A model generated the notes under the pieces. It was not told the DNA's origin and made no database searches. It worked only from the letters and a program-made list of their open reading frames with translations. The translations under genes and the position numbers were made by a program. Of a DNA stretch of 38,350 bases, positions 1 through 9,418 are shown piece after piece. The stretch's first letter is position 1. Each line of letters opens with the position of its first letter. This stretch comes from an uncultured Opitutia bacterium (GTDB taxonomy: Bacteria > Verrucomicrobiota > Verrucomicrobiia > Opitutales > UBA953), in the NCBI GenBank assembly GCA_937875975.1, contig CALEEU010000088.1, positions 1 through 38,350 of the forward strand, given 5' to 3'.

Positions 1-1
1 A

Positions 2-862
2 CGTCAGCTAGCCGGTCGTCGACTGGCCGCCCTTTCGTGCCTGACCTACGGGCGTTCGCTCAAGGGCTTCGCGCTCTGGATGAAGTCCAACGGCGGCTGG
101 GACGGCGATTGGTCCAAGCTGACTGCGCGTCATCTCCGCGACTTCGTCATCGAGCGGCAGGGCTCGCATAACCGTCGTTCCGTGCACAACCAGGTCTCGG
201 CGCTGCGCGCTTTCCTAGCCGACCTGCGCGAGCGCGGCGGAATCACGACCACGCCCGCCGCGGGCCTCGTGCTACCCAAGTTGCCGAGGTCGCTGCCCAA
301 GTTCCTGACGGAAGCGCAGACCGACACGCTGATGGATGCCGCGGAAGATTCCGAAAAAGACGATCCGCAGGAAGTCGCCCGCGACATGGCAATCCTCGAA
401 CTGCTTTACGGCGGCGGCCTGCGTGTGTCCGAACTCTGCGGCATCAACGGGGGCGACCTTGACCTTGGCAACGGCCTCGTGAAGTTGATGGGCAAAGGCT
501 CGAAGGAGCGCGTCGTGCCCGTCGGCGACAGCGCCGTGCAGGCCGTGAAGGATTATCTCGCCTTGCGCGGCGCGCCGGCCCGCGGGGCGCCGATGCTGCT
601 CGCTGCCCATGGCGGCCGACTGAATCCGCGCGCCGTGCAGCTGATGTTGAAGCGTAAGCTCGCGCTCGCGGGCCTGCCCGCGGACCTTACCCCGCACAAG
701 CTGCGGCATGCGTGCGCGACGCACCTGCTCTCCAACGGGGCGGATCTCCGTCTTGTGCAGGAGCAGCTCGGTCACGCCTCGCTTTCGACTACGCAGATCT
801 ACACGCACCTCAGTGTCGCCAAGCTGCGCGAGGTACATCGCAAGTCGCACCCGCGGGCCTGA
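2..862 (+). CDS. xerC: Tyrosine site-specific recombinase, XerC-like (5' end runs off the window; first in-frame ATG at 80)
   Basis: Frame is open from nt 2 (..AALSCLTYGRSLKGFALWM..) and matches the N-terminal Xer core-binding region. Catalytic-domain motifs ELLYGGGLRVSEL, GKGSKERVVP, HKLRHACATHLL and LGHASLSTTQIYTH are present. Confidence 0.85.
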   Translation, partial: RQLAGRRLAALSCLTYGRSLKGFALWMKSNGGWDGDWSKLTARHLRDFVIERQGSHNRRSVHNQVSALRAFLADLRERGGITTTPAAGLVLPKLPRSLPKFLTEAQTDTLMDAAEDSEKDDPQEVARDMAILELLYGGGLRVSELCGINGGDLDLGNGLVKLMGKGSKERVVPVGDSAVQAVKDYLALRGAPARGAPMLLAAHGGRLNPRAVQLMLKRKLALAGLPADLTPHKLRHACATHLLSNGADLRLVQEQLGHASLSTTQIYTHLSVAKLREVHRKSHPRA

Positions 863-910
863 GCCGCTGATTCGCCTCGCCTCCGCCGCCGCCCGGGAGC
901 ATCTTGTCGC

Positions 911-1780
911 GTGCTCGTTTCAGCCGCCCATGCGAAGCTCAACCTCTCGCTGGCCATCACTGGTCGGCGGGCGGATGGCTTTCATGAGCTCGTCAGCCTC
1001 GTCGTCCCGATTGGTCTCGCGGACACGCTTACGTTCGACGTCAGCCGGCCACTCGGACTGACGTGCGATGACGCGTCCTTGCCGGTCGACGGTTCGAATC
1101 TGGTGCTCAAGGCCGCGTCCGCTTACGGGAAGCGACGTTCGTCCGCCCTGACCGGACATTTCCATCTCACCAAGAAGATCCCGCACGGCGCCGGCTTGGG
1201 CGGCGGCAGTTCCGATGCCGCCGCCGCGTTGCGTCTGCTGGACCAGGCTTCCGGCGATCCTCTCGGTCTGGAAGTGCTCGAGGCGCTTGCCGCTGAGGTC
1301 GGCTCTGATTGTCCGTTCTTCGTGCGCCGCCAGGCCGCGATCATGCGGGGCAGGGGAGAGCGCTTGGAAATTTTGCCCGTCGCGGTGCGCGCCGCTTTGG
1401 CCGGAAGAAAGGTCGTGCTGGTGAAACCTCCGTTCGGGATTCCGACGCCGGAAGCTTACGGTCTCTTGGCCAAGGTCGGGAAATATCGTCCTGAGGCCCA
1501 GGCCGAGGCAGAGCTCGCCGCCTGGATCGCCCGGCCCGCTTCAGATCCGTCGGTTCTGGGTAACGATCTGGCCATCCCCGTGTTCACCAAGTACCTCGCC
1601 CTGCCAGTCGGACTCGCCTCTTTCCTTAGGACTACCGGGTTGAAAGGGCAGATGACGGGCAGTGGAAGCGCCTGTTTTGGCTTCGTCACAGATGGTTTCG
1701 ACCACGCCCGCTTGCGGGAAGACGTCCAGAGGGCCTGGGGGCCCGGAGCCTGGGTGGAAGAGACCGTTATTTCGGCTTAG
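911..1780 (+). CDS. ispE: 4-diphosphocytidyl-2-C-methyl-D-erythritol kinase (MEP pathway)
   Basis: GTG start. N-terminal [20 protein letters not shown] and GHMP-kinase motif [23 protein letters not shown]. Length of 289 aa is typical. Confidence 0.9.
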   Translation: MLVSAAHAKLNLSLAITGRRADGFHELVSLVVPIGLADTLTFDVSRPLGLTCDDASLPVDGSNLVLKAASAYGKRRSSALTGHFHLTKKIPHGAGLGGGSSDAAAALRLLDQASGDPLGLEVLEALAAEVGSDCPFFVRRQAAIMRGRGERLEILPVAVRAALAGRKVVLVKPPFGIPTPEAYGLLAKVGKYRPEAQAEAELAAWIARPASDPSVLGNDLAIPVFTKYLALPVGLASFLRTTGLKGQMTGSGSACFGFVTDGFDHARLREDVQRAWGPGAWVEETVISA

Positions 1781-1833
1781 TTTCGGCTTTACTGTCGGCC
1801 GAGGGGTCGCCAAGTTGCGAGTCACTATCACCC

Positions 1834-1932
1834 ATGGGAAGCCTCAAGAAGAAGCGTCGTCTGAAGATGAACAAGCACAAGCGCCGCAAGCGCTCGAAGG
1901 AAAATCGCCATAAGAAGCGTCTCTGGGGCTGA
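1834..1932 (+). CDS. 32-aa highly basic small protein, bS22 / AURKAIP1-COX24-like ribosomal protein family (not in the supplied ORF track)
   Basis: ATG at 1834, TGA at 1930-1932. Translation is [32 protein letters not shown]. The N-terminus resembles actinobacterial bS22 (MGSVIKKRRKRMSKKKHRK...). It is followed by a strong intrinsic terminator and lies next to rpmG. Confidence 0.65.
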   Translation: MGSLKKKRRLKMNKHKRRKRSKENRHKKRLWG

Positions 1933-1954
1933 TTAACCCACCCCACGGAACGAA

Positions 1955-1987
1955 CCGGGCGGCCCAAAAGGCCGCCCGGCTCTTTTT
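1955..1987 (+). terminator. Rho-independent terminator after the bS22-like ORF
   Basis: Perfect 10-bp GC stem CCGGGCGGCC / GGCCGCCCGG with loop CAAAA, followed by CTCTTTTT. Confidence 0.8.
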
Positions 1988-2044
1988 CGGGCTTGCTCCG
2001 ACCTCGGCCGTTCCCAAACCTCAACCTTCCAACCGACACAAACC

Positions 2045-2215
2045 ATGGCTCGCGAAACCGTTATCATTGAATGCACCGAAGCCCGCAAGGAGGGCAAGCG
2101 CCCTTCCCGTTACATGACCACCCGTAACAAGAAGCTTTCCCAGGAGAAGGTGGAACTGAAGAAGTATAATCCTTCCCTGCGCCGTCACACGCTGCACAAG
2201 GAGATCAAGGGCTAA
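2045..2215 (+). CDS. rpmG: 50S ribosomal protein L33 (not in the supplied ORF track)
   Basis: Translation is [56 protein letters not shown] (56 aa). L33 hallmarks are YxTTRNKK, ELKKYxP and RRHTLHKE. It has only one Cys, so it is the zinc-independent (C-) form. Confidence 0.9.
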   Translation: MARETVIIECTEARKEGKRPSRYMTTRNKKLSQEKVELKKYNPSLRRHTLHKEIKG

Positions 2216-2234
2216 GCTCCTTTCTTCCCAACGC

Positions 2235-2273
2235 CAGAAGGGCCGGCCGCAGCGATGCGAGCCGGCCCTTCTG
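2235..2273. terminator. Hairpin between convergent rpmG (+) and a small ORF (-); possible bidirectional terminator
   Basis: 13-bp arms CAGAAGGGCCGGC / GCCGGCCCTTCTG with a 13-nt loop. Only a weak U-tract (CTTT) follows on the + strand. Confidence 0.5.
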
Positions 2274-2294
2274 CTTTGGCGGGTCAGGCGGGGC

Positions 2295-2516
2295 TCAGGC
2301 GACCTTGCCGATACGGCGAAGCTCGCGCCAGCGGGCGCGGTGGTGGCGGGTCCAGTCGATCAGGGCTCGCTCGAAGCCGATGTCGCGGCCAGCCTTCTCG
2401 GACTCGATCCACTTATGCCGGAGGATCTCTTCGCGCTCAGCGAGGAACTCCGCATACAGGGTCGAACGAGCCGCCAGGTCGGCGGCGGGCTTCGGCTCCT
2501 GATGCATTTCTCTCAT
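2295..2516 (-). CDS. Small hypothetical protein (73 aa from the first ATG; the track ORF extends to a TTG at 2555)
   Basis: The ORF has plausible composition. The motif RHKWIESEKAGRDIGFERALIDW looks like a conserved small-protein signature, but I cannot name the family. Start chosen at the first ATG (MREMHQ..). Confidence 0.5.
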   Translation of the reverse strand: MREMHQEPKPAADLAARSTLYAEFLAEREEILRHKWIESEKAGRDIGFERALIDWTRHHRARWRELRRIGKVA

Positions 2517-2574
2517 GCTTAAGGGGAGCGTGAGAGAAATATGACGAACTTGCAAGCCGTAGGCGACGGCTGGG

Positions 2575-3663
2575 TTACGCCTGTTTTTCGAGCCCTTGCA
2601 GCACGGTCAGGCCGACGGACCGGAAGACGCGGGCTGGATTGCTGTCCGGGTGGCTAATCACCACCGGGATGCCGTGATCGCCGCCCACGCGGATGGTCTG
2701 GTCGAGCGGGACTTCTCCCAGGAGGATGGTCTGCAGGGCCGTGGCGACCTTGAGGCCGCCACCTTGGCCGAAGAGGTGCTGACGGGAGCCGTCGGCCCCT
2801 TCCAAGAAACTCATATTTTCAGCCACGCCGAGAATCGGTACGCCGACCTTCTCGAACATCGCCGCTCCGCGGAGGGCGACCGCGACCGCCGCCGTCTGCG
2901 GGGTGGTCACGATGATGGCACCGCTCAGGGCCATCGCTTGGGCGATGGAGAGCTGGGCGTCGCCCGTGCCCGGGGGCAGGTCGATCAGCAGGACATCCAA
3001 TTCGCCCCAGCGGACATTCGTCGCGAACTGCGAGATGGTCTTCATGATCATCGGACCACGCCAGACCACCGGGGCGTCGGCGTCGATGAGGAGGCCCATG
3101 GACATCACCTTTACGCCAAAGTTTTCAAGGGGGATGAGGGTATCGCCGTCCAGCATGGGGCGGCCGTTCACGCCAATCATCAGGGGAACCGAAGGCCCGT
3201 AGATATCGCAGTCCATCAGGCCGACCTTGTCCGGGCGGCCTTGGTCCGAGAGGGCGCGGGCGAGGGCACAGGCCAGATTGACCGCGAAAGTGGACTTGCC
3301 GACGCCTCCCTTGCCGCTGGCGACGGCGATAATGTGCTTCACCTTGCCCACGCCCGCATCGGCCGGGAGCTTGGCGGTCGAAGTTGGGGTGCCGGCGGGG
3401 GGCGGACTACCCTTAGGGACCGTCACCGTGATGGCGATCTCCGGATTCTTCACCCCGATGGCCTGCAAGGCGGCTTCGATGTCGGCGTAGAGTTTCTTGG
3501 GGACTTCAGGGTCGGCGCTCGTGACCGCTAGGCCGATGCTGACCTTGCCCTCGAGGGTGACCTCGATGCCCTTCACGAGGCCGAAGGAGACGATGTCGCG
3601 GCTGTAGCCGGGGTAGCGGACCTGGCCGAGGGCCTTTTGGACTGATTCCTTGTCGAGCGACAT
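2575..3663 (-). CDS. apbC: Fe-S cluster carrier ATPase, Mrp/ApbC/NBP35 family, with N-terminal DUF59/MIP18 domain
   Basis: N-terminal VRYPGYSRDIVSFGLVKGI (DUF59-like). Deviant Walker A is VASGKGGVGKST. Also DCDIYGPS and the family-typical C-terminal half. 362 aa. Confidence 0.9.
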   Translation of the reverse strand: MSLDKESVQKALGQVRYPGYSRDIVSFGLVKGIEVTLEGKVSIGLAVTSADPEVPKKLYADIEAALQAIGVKNPEIAITVTVPKGSPPPAGTPTSTAKLPADAGVGKVKHIIAVASGKGGVGKSTFAVNLACALARALSDQGRPDKVGLMDCDIYGPSVPLMIGVNGRPMLDGDTLIPLENFGVKVMSMGLLIDADAPVVWRGPMIMKTISQFATNVRWGELDVLLIDLPPGTGDAQLSIAQAMALSGAIIVTTPQTAAVAVALRGAAMFEKVGVPILGVAENMSFLEGADGSRQHLFGQGGGLKVATALQTILLGEVPLDQTIRVGGDHGIPVVISHPDSNPARVFRSVGLTVLQGLEKQA

Positions 3664-3726
3664 CAGCGGGATTGAACTCCCTGCCCAACTTAGGTCAAAC
3701 TGCTAACCTCATAACAAACCCGCTCG

Positions 3727-4914
3727 ATGCGCTTCCTTTCCCTCTTCGCCGTCTTTCTCGCCGCACCCCTCTTCGCCCAAGGCAACATCAAGGTCGACAC
3801 CGAGATTAGCGGCTTGATCAGCCGTAAGATCGTGCCGGTGGCAATCGTCTCTGACGATCCGGTCCTGGGCGATCTCGTCCAGTTCGCTCTTTCCACGCAC
3901 GGAGGCATCGAGATCTCGCCCAGCTCGCCCATCAAGGTGCGCATTGGCCGCGGCGGGCTCGCCGCCGTCGTCTCCTGCGATAACGCGCTTTGCGCTTTTA
4001 CGTCGAACGTCGAAGGCAAGGACGAGGACCAGCTCGCGCTCCGGATCGCCGACGCGGCCGTCGTGGGCCTCGGTCGTCGCTGGCAGCTCAAGCCGTTGTT
4101 CGCTGACACGAAGATCACGTTCGTCTCGCGTCGTACCGGTAGTGCCGAAATCTACGTCACCAACCTCGCGCGCTCCAGGACGCTGCAGCTCACGAAGTAC
4201 GGCAACACCTCGATCGGCCCACGTTGGTCGGCCGACGGCTCCCGGGTCTTCTTCATCTCCTCGTTCCGTTCGAACTGGCCCGAGATTTTTTCGACCAACG
4301 GTTATGGCGAAGCCTCCAAGGTGATCATCAACGTCCGGGGCGCCCTGGGCGCCGCCAGCAGCGGTCCGGATGGACGCATCGCATTCGCATCCTCCAACAA
4401 GGGCACGATGGATATCTTCGTCGCCGGCCCGCAGGGCCAGACGCCGACGCGCGTGATCAAGGCCCCGAGCATGCAGTGGGTGAATACGGACCCTTCGTGG
4501 TCTCCGGATGGTTCCCGCTTCGCGCTGACCGCCGGACCGACCGGCAGCCCGGGCATCTACCTCGCGAGTTCCGCCGGCGGCCCGTTGCAGCGGATCTCTA
4601 CCAATCATAATTACAGCACCGAGCCGCGCTGGAATCCCGTCGTCCCGAATCAGCTCGTCTTCACTTACCAGGAGGCCGGCGCCCTCCGTCTTGGCGTGCT
4701 TGATCTCGCTGCTGGCACGATGACGCCCATCGTGACCAAGAGTCCCGCGTCCATCGCCCACGCCTCATGGTGCGCCGACGGCCGTCACCTCGTCGCTGCG
4801 CAGGGCAAATGGCTGGTCGTCATCGACAGCGTCACCGGCAAGGTGACGCGCCTCACGCCTTCGCAGCTCGGCGATTGCTCCGAGCCGGATTGCTGGACGC
4901 CGCGAGCGCGGTGA
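3727..4914 (+). CDS. TolB-like periplasmic beta-propeller protein (PD40/WD40-like repeats)
   Basis: Signal peptide MRFLSLFAVFLAAPLFAQG. Repeated PD40-type blades (GPRWSADGSRVFF, SSGPDGRIAF, DPSWSPDGSRFAL, EPRWNP, ASWCADGRHL). No tolQRA or pal genes lie next to it. Confidence 0.7.
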   Translation: MRFLSLFAVFLAAPLFAQGNIKVDTEISGLISRKIVPVAIVSDDPVLGDLVQFALSTHGGIEISPSSPIKVRIGRGGLAAVVSCDNALCAFTSNVEGKDEDQLALRIADAAVVGLGRRWQLKPLFADTKITFVSRRTGSAEIYVTNLARSRTLQLTKYGNTSIGPRWSADGSRVFFISSFRSNWPEIFSTNGYGEASKVIINVRGALGAASSGPDGRIAFASSNKGTMDIFVAGPQGQTPTRVIKAPSMQWVNTDPSWSPDGSRFALTAGPTGSPGIYLASSAGGPLQRISTNHNYSTEPRWNPVVPNQLVFTYQEAGALRLGVLDLAAGTMTPIVTKSPASIAHASWCADGRHLVAAQGKWLVVIDSVTGKVTRLTPSQLGDCSEPDCWTPRAR

Positions 4915-4920
4915 CCAGGG

Positions 4921-6579
4921 TCACTCGACGTATAGGCCGTCGGGTCGTGATGACTCTTCCGCTTTCGGGTAGAGGCTGAACTTCGCGAGCTCGCTGGGCG
5001 TCATCGTCGAGCCCTTGATGGCGGCGGCGTAGGTCTTCTCGTCGACCATCGCGAAGATGGTGTCCTTATCCGGGTCGCGGGCCAGCGCGAGGTAGAGCCA
5101 CTGCGGAGAGTTGCGTTTGTAGACGAAGCGGTGCGTGCCCGTCTGGAGGGTGGTGTAGTAGGTCCGTCCGCCGGCGATGACCTTGTCGATGACCTTATAG
5201 CGTTCTCGGTCGATCAAGAAGGCCTTGGCCATTGGCTCGCTGGCCCACCTGCCGGCACCGAGATGCTTGGAGTTCCAAGGGAAGAAGACCGTATCGCCCG
5301 CAATGCGCGTGCTGATGATCACTTGGTTCAACGAATCAGCATTGATACCCGGGATGGCCGTGACGACGAACGTGCCGTCAGGATTGAGGCGGGCTTCCTT
5401 GGCGCCCGAGGTCAGCATCCAGGCGGCCAGCTCGGCGCCTTGGCCGGAGCTAAAGGCGCTCCACCGCTGGCCGCGGGCCACGGGCGAGGTCATCGCATGG
5501 ACCTTTTCTTGGAGGGCCTTGAGGCGTTCCGAGAAGGCAAGTAGCTCGCCACTCCAGGCTTTCTGGGCCGACTGCGTGCTTGCGGCCTGCGCCCGGAAGT
5601 CGACGCGATCGATAAAGATCTTCAGCCCGCTCATGCGCATGCCTTCAGCTTCGACGCGGAGGCGCCCCGCCTCGGGGAAAGTGGCGGACGGGAAGGTGCT
5701 CATCACTTCAGCGAAGAGCTGGACGAAGCCGGCTTCGTCGAGGGCAGGCCTAAGCACTTCGTCGAGGACCGCGGCTTGGGCGCCCAGCAGTTCGGTGGCC
5801 CTGGGGGAGGGGGCCTCCCTCAGCACGTAGACCCGGCGGTCGGCGTCGAGCTTGAGCGCCCAAAGGGCGATTTTCCGGCTGAGCGGAGCGGTGTCGACCT
5901 GACCCCGCAGCGAGAACGACGTGTAAGGGTCGATGTTCAATCGGCTGGCCAGCACGTTGAGGCCAGGTGAGCCGCCGCGCGGTTTCTCGAAGACGGCCTG
6001 TTCGGCGCGGGTCTTGAGCTCGGCGAAATGGCTGAGCTCGCCGCGGAGTTGCTGCAGGCTTTTACGCGAGTTGACCTCTTCTTTGACGATGGGTCCGCTG
6101 CAGAACGCGAGGATGTCGCCGCCGATGCCGCGCGAAAGCCCTGCCACCAGGCCGACGACGATCATCGTGCCTAGCGCGGCATAGCCAACCACCAGGTGGA
6201 GGCGGTTCTTCAAGGAGAGGGTCTTTTCGTGATCGGCGAGCGCGAGCATCGCTTGAACCTGCGTGAAGGTGTCGACGCTGGCAGGTTCGGCTAGGGCGTA
6301 CAGGAGGAGGCGACGGCGGGTGTCCGGGTCAAGCCGTGAGGCGGCAATCTCTTCTTCGGCTTCCGTGGAGACGGGTTTGGACCGCTTCAACTTGAGGGTG
6401 ACGCCGAACTTGAAATGGTCGGAAAGCGGCACCCAGTCCTGGGCCCCTTCGGGCATGCAGGGTGTGTCCGCGGCGAGCACCCCCTCGGAGATCATCGCCA
6501 ACACCTCGTCTTCGGTGAGAGGCCCGCGGGTTTCGTTGCCGATGAGGAGTGAGAAGTGGCGCATGCAGGCGGAGTCCAT
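4921..6579 (-). CDS. Membrane-anchored hypothetical protein with N-terminal GYF_2 (DUF4339-like) domain
   Basis: N-terminus GPLTEDEVLAMISEGVLAADTPCMPEGAQDWVPLSDHF fits the GYF_2 pattern. One hydrophobic helix (LVVGYAALGTMIVVGLVAGL) is followed by about 400 aa with no motif I recognise. An alternative ATG lies at 6564. Confidence 0.6.
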   Translation of the reverse strand: MDSACMRHFSLLIGNETRGPLTEDEVLAMISEGVLAADTPCMPEGAQDWVPLSDHFKFGVTLKLKRSKPVSTEAEEEIAASRLDPDTRRRLLLYALAEPASVDTFTQVQAMLALADHEKTLSLKNRLHLVVGYAALGTMIVVGLVAGLSRGIGGDILAFCSGPIVKEEVNSRKSLQQLRGELSHFAELKTRAEQAVFEKPRGGSPGLNVLASRLNIDPYTSFSLRGQVDTAPLSRKIALWALKLDADRRVYVLREAPSPRATELLGAQAAVLDEVLRPALDEAGFVQLFAEVMSTFPSATFPEAGRLRVEAEGMRMSGLKIFIDRVDFRAQAASTQSAQKAWSGELLAFSERLKALQEKVHAMTSPVARGQRWSAFSSGQGAELAAWMLTSGAKEARLNPDGTFVVTAIPGINADSLNQVIISTRIAGDTVFFPWNSKHLGAGRWASEPMAKAFLIDRERYKVIDKVIAGGRTYYTTLQTGTHRFVYKRNSPQWLYLALARDPDKDTIFAMVDEKTYAAAIKGSTMTPSELAKFSLYPKAEESSRPDGLYVE

Positions 6580-6691
6580 CCCTCTTCGGGTGTTTCCAAG
6601 TCTGTTTGTTGTCGGTGGTTAGGCAAGATGAATGGGCTCAGCGATACCTTTTGCAAATCGCCCCAGAAACCTCTTTGCTCGGATTCGTTCG

Positions 6692-8140
6692 ATGGCTAAT
6701 CCAGGCATCAATCAATCGCAGAAGCAGGTCCAAGGCCTCGTCCTGACGCCGCAGCTTCGTCAGTCGCTCCGCATCCTCCAGGTGCCAGCGGCCGAGCTGC
6801 TGCGTGAGATCTCCGAGGAGATGGCCGCCAACCCTTTACTGGAAGAAGTCGAGCCAGTCGGCAACGAGAGCTTGGATGCTCCGGTGCCTTCCGAGGATGC
6901 GGAAGAGGAGGGCCCGCGCGAACTCTCGTTGGGCGACGACGACTTCGACGCCCTAAAGCGCATGAAGGACGATTGGGACGAAAGCTACTACGAGGAGATC
7001 CGTTCGCAGGGCTATACCCAGGAAGATGAGGAACGCCGCCGCCACATGATGGAGTCGGCTACGGGTGAAGCTTCGCTCTCCGAACACCTCGCGGACCAAG
7101 CCCGCACGGCCTCCGACGATCCGGCCGTACAAGAGGCGCTCAAGCTCCTGATCGCATCGCTCGATGAACGAGGCTTCGTCGAGGAAGACCTTTCGACCGT
7201 CGCCCTCCGTTCTGGCCAGCCCTACGAGGCTGTCATGACGGCCCACACGTTGATGATGGCCTTCGATCCGCCCGGCATCGGCGCCCGTGATCTCCGCGAA
7301 TGCTTTCTGGCTCAGCTCCGCAACCGAGGCCGCGGGCTTTCGACCGCCGCGCGCCTCATTACTGATTGCTGGGAGCCCATGATGGGTCGCCGACTCGAGG
7401 AGTGCGCTCGCGTTCTCGACGTCGAGCTCGACGGTATCCGCGAGGCGCTCTCCGAACTTGCCAAGCTAGAGACCGTGCCGGCCCGTCGATTCTCCCGCGA
7501 CGACAACCGGGTGGTGACGCCCGATGCCACGGTGGAGCTCGACGAAGAGGGCAGATGGAAGGTCAGCATGGATGACCGCCATGTGCCTCGCCTGCGTCTC
7601 GTCCCTGCCTACAAGGACATGCTCGCTGGTCAGGCTCTCGGGGACAAGGAGCGCGCCTATATCTTGGAGCGCATGCGTCAGGGCAAGTTCCTCATCGGCG
7701 CGATCGAGGAGCGCCAACGCACCATCGAGAAGCTCGCCCATATCATCGTCGACCGCCAAGCCGATTTCTTCGAACACGGTCCTTCCAAGCTGCGTCCGCT
7801 CACCATGACCGACGTCGCCAAGGAGATGGGCGTGCATGAGACCACCGTCGGCCGTGCCGCGGCCAACAAGTGGATGCTGACGCCGCACGGCCTTCGTGAG
7901 TTTCGCTGGTTCTTCACTTCGGGGGTTGCGACTTCCGACGGCGGCACGGTGGCGCAAGAAGGCGTGCAGGAACTGATCGCCGACATCCTCGCCCGCGAGA
8001 ATCCCGCCGAGCCCTTGGCCGATGAGGCCATCACCGCCGAGCTGCGTAAGCGCGGCGTCCAGATCGCCCGACGCACGGTGGCGAAGTATCGCGAAGCCTT
8101 GGGGCAGCCTTCGGCGCACATGCGCCGGAAGCGTCTCTGA
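6692..8140 (+). CDS. rpoN: RNA polymerase sigma-54 factor
   Basis: N-terminal Gln/Leu region LVLTPQLRQSLRILQ, an acidic linker, the core-binding domain and the C-terminal RpoN box ARRTVAKYRE. Start placed at ATG 6692 (MANPGINQ..); the track ORF starts at 6632. Confidence 0.9.
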   Translation: MANPGINQSQKQVQGLVLTPQLRQSLRILQVPAAELLREISEEMAANPLLEEVEPVGNESLDAPVPSEDAEEEGPRELSLGDDDFDALKRMKDDWDESYYEEIRSQGYTQEDEERRRHMMESATGEASLSEHLADQARTASDDPAVQEALKLLIASLDERGFVEEDLSTVALRSGQPYEAVMTAHTLMMAFDPPGIGARDLRECFLAQLRNRGRGLSTAARLITDCWEPMMGRRLEECARVLDVELDGIREALSELAKLETVPARRFSRDDNRVVTPDATVELDEEGRWKVSMDDRHVPRLRLVPAYKDMLAGQALGDKERAYILERMRQGKFLIGAIEERQRTIEKLAHIIVDRQADFFEHGPSKLRPLTMTDVAKEMGVHETTVGRAAANKWMLTPHGLREFRWFFTSGVATSDGGTVAQEGVQELIADILARENPAEPLADEAITAELRKRGVQIARRTVAKYREALGQPSAHMRRKRL

Positions 8141-9418
8141 TCACGAGAAGCGCCCGAGGACGGAGTCCCAGCCGAAGTTGGCCATGTCGGGGAAGACGAA
8201 CTGCACGCCGGCCGTAAGGCCGTTCGGCAGTCGCGCCGGCGCGACGACGAGAGGAAGGCCGGCCAGCGAGGCGGGCGCATTGAGCGCGAGGAGGCGTCGG
8301 CGATGCGCCGCGTCGGAGTCGGCCTTGCGGACCGCGCCGCCGAAGGTCGCGGGCAACGCGATGAAGTGATGTCGCCGAAAGATGAGGCGGAAGGCATCGA
8401 TGATCCGGGTGCGGATGGCTTCGGCGGCACGGATCTCCTCATGAGTACGCCGGCGGCCGGCATCGAGGCGTTCCCATACGACGGGGTCGTAGTCTGGGCG
8501 GCGGCGTTCGAGCCAAGCGGCGTGCACGCGGGCGGCGGCATGGCCCCCGAGCGTCGGGTACGCCTCAGCCGCTTCCTTGAAGGCGAGCCGCAGGAGCATC
8601 GCGGCGGCGGCGTCTTCCTGCGCTCCTGCCTGCACGGCGACTGCGCGCATGGCGGCGAGATCGTCCTGCGGGATATCCAGGCCTAGGTCGCCAGCCCAGA
8701 GGCCAGCGCCGGCGGGCGGGGCTTCGCCGAGCACGGCGGCCGACACCTGGCGGAGATCCTTGGCGGTGCGCGCGATCCATCCTTGGGTGTCGTAGCCCGG
8801 AGAGAGCGGGAAGATGTCGCCAATAGGTGCGACATCAGGCGAGAGACGCAGTCCCCAGACTCCACAGTAACCGCAGGGCACGCGGATGGAGCCGGCGGAA
8901 TCGGTCGCCAGGGCGAAAGGGACTAGACCCCGGGCGACGGCGAACGCCGAGCCGGAGCTCGAACCGCCAGAGAGTAGCTCCGGGTGTTCGGGGTGAGGGC
9001 AGTCACCGAAGTGCGGGTTCTCTCCGGTGAGACCGAAGGCGAACTCGTTCAGTTGCGTTCGTCCGCATTCAATCGCCCCGGCATCGGCTTCGAAGGCGGC
9101 CGGCAGGGTGGAAGTTGTGCTGGCTGGGCCGATCTCCTCGGGCAGAAACGTCGAGCCTGCGTAGGTCGGTTCGCCTTTTCGAAAGTAGAGGTCCTTCGTG
9201 AGGAAGGGCACACCGCCCAGGGCGGCTTCGCGCAGAGGCCAAGCCGCTTCGAAGCGGCGGGTCAACGTGGCGACGTCGGGCAGGCCGCAGAGCGAGGCGC
9301 GTTGTTCCTCGGCGCCCAGCGCGCCCAGTTTGATCAGGAAAGCTTCCGCCGCCATACGAGGACCGCGCGTGAGGGTGAACTCACGCCAATCTTCGACGGA
9401 CTGCGGCAGCAGGCTCAC
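8141..9418 (-). CDS. Amidase-signature (AS) family amidase, GatA-like
   Basis: Ser-cisSer-Lys signature: PFLTKDL (Lys), GGSSSGSAFAVARG and ATDSAGSIRVP. The GTG start overlaps the upstream stop (GTGA). Confidence 0.8.
   Translation of the reverse strand: MSLLPQSVEDWREFTLTRGPRMAAEAFLIKLGALGAEEQRASLCGLPDVATLTRRFEAAWPLREAALGGVPFLTKDLYFRKGEPTYAGSTFLPEEIGPASTTSTLPAAFEADAGAIECGRTQLNEFAFGLTGENPHFGDCPHPEHPELLSGGSSSGSAFAVARGLVPFALATDSAGSIRVPCGYCGVWGLRLSPDVAPIGDIFPLSPGYDTQGWIARTAKDLRQVSAAVLGEAPPAGAGLWAGDLGLDIPQDDLAAMRAVAVQAGAQEDAAAAMLLRLAFKEAAEAYPTLGGHAAARVHAAWLERRRPDYDPVVWERLDAGRRRTHEEIRAAEAIRTRIIDAFRLIFRRHHFIALPATFGGAVRKADSDAAHRRRLLALNAPASLAGLPLVVAPARLPNGLTAGVQFVFPDMANFGWDSVLGRFS

Noticed and set aside
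1091-1100. GGTTCGAATC, a tRNA T-arm-like string
   Set aside because: It lies inside the ispE reading frame. No acceptor, D-arm or anticodon-arm complementarity can be built around it. No tRNA is called anywhere in the window.
3709-4761. 350-aa antisense ORF over the TolB-like gene; similar cases at 7678..8541 (-), 18578..19786 (+), 9889..10893 (+), 11509..12465 (-) and 32893..33657 (-)
   Set aside because: Each overlaps a better-supported gene on the other strand and has Arg/Gly/Asp/Ala-biased composition with no motifs. They are not reported as genes.
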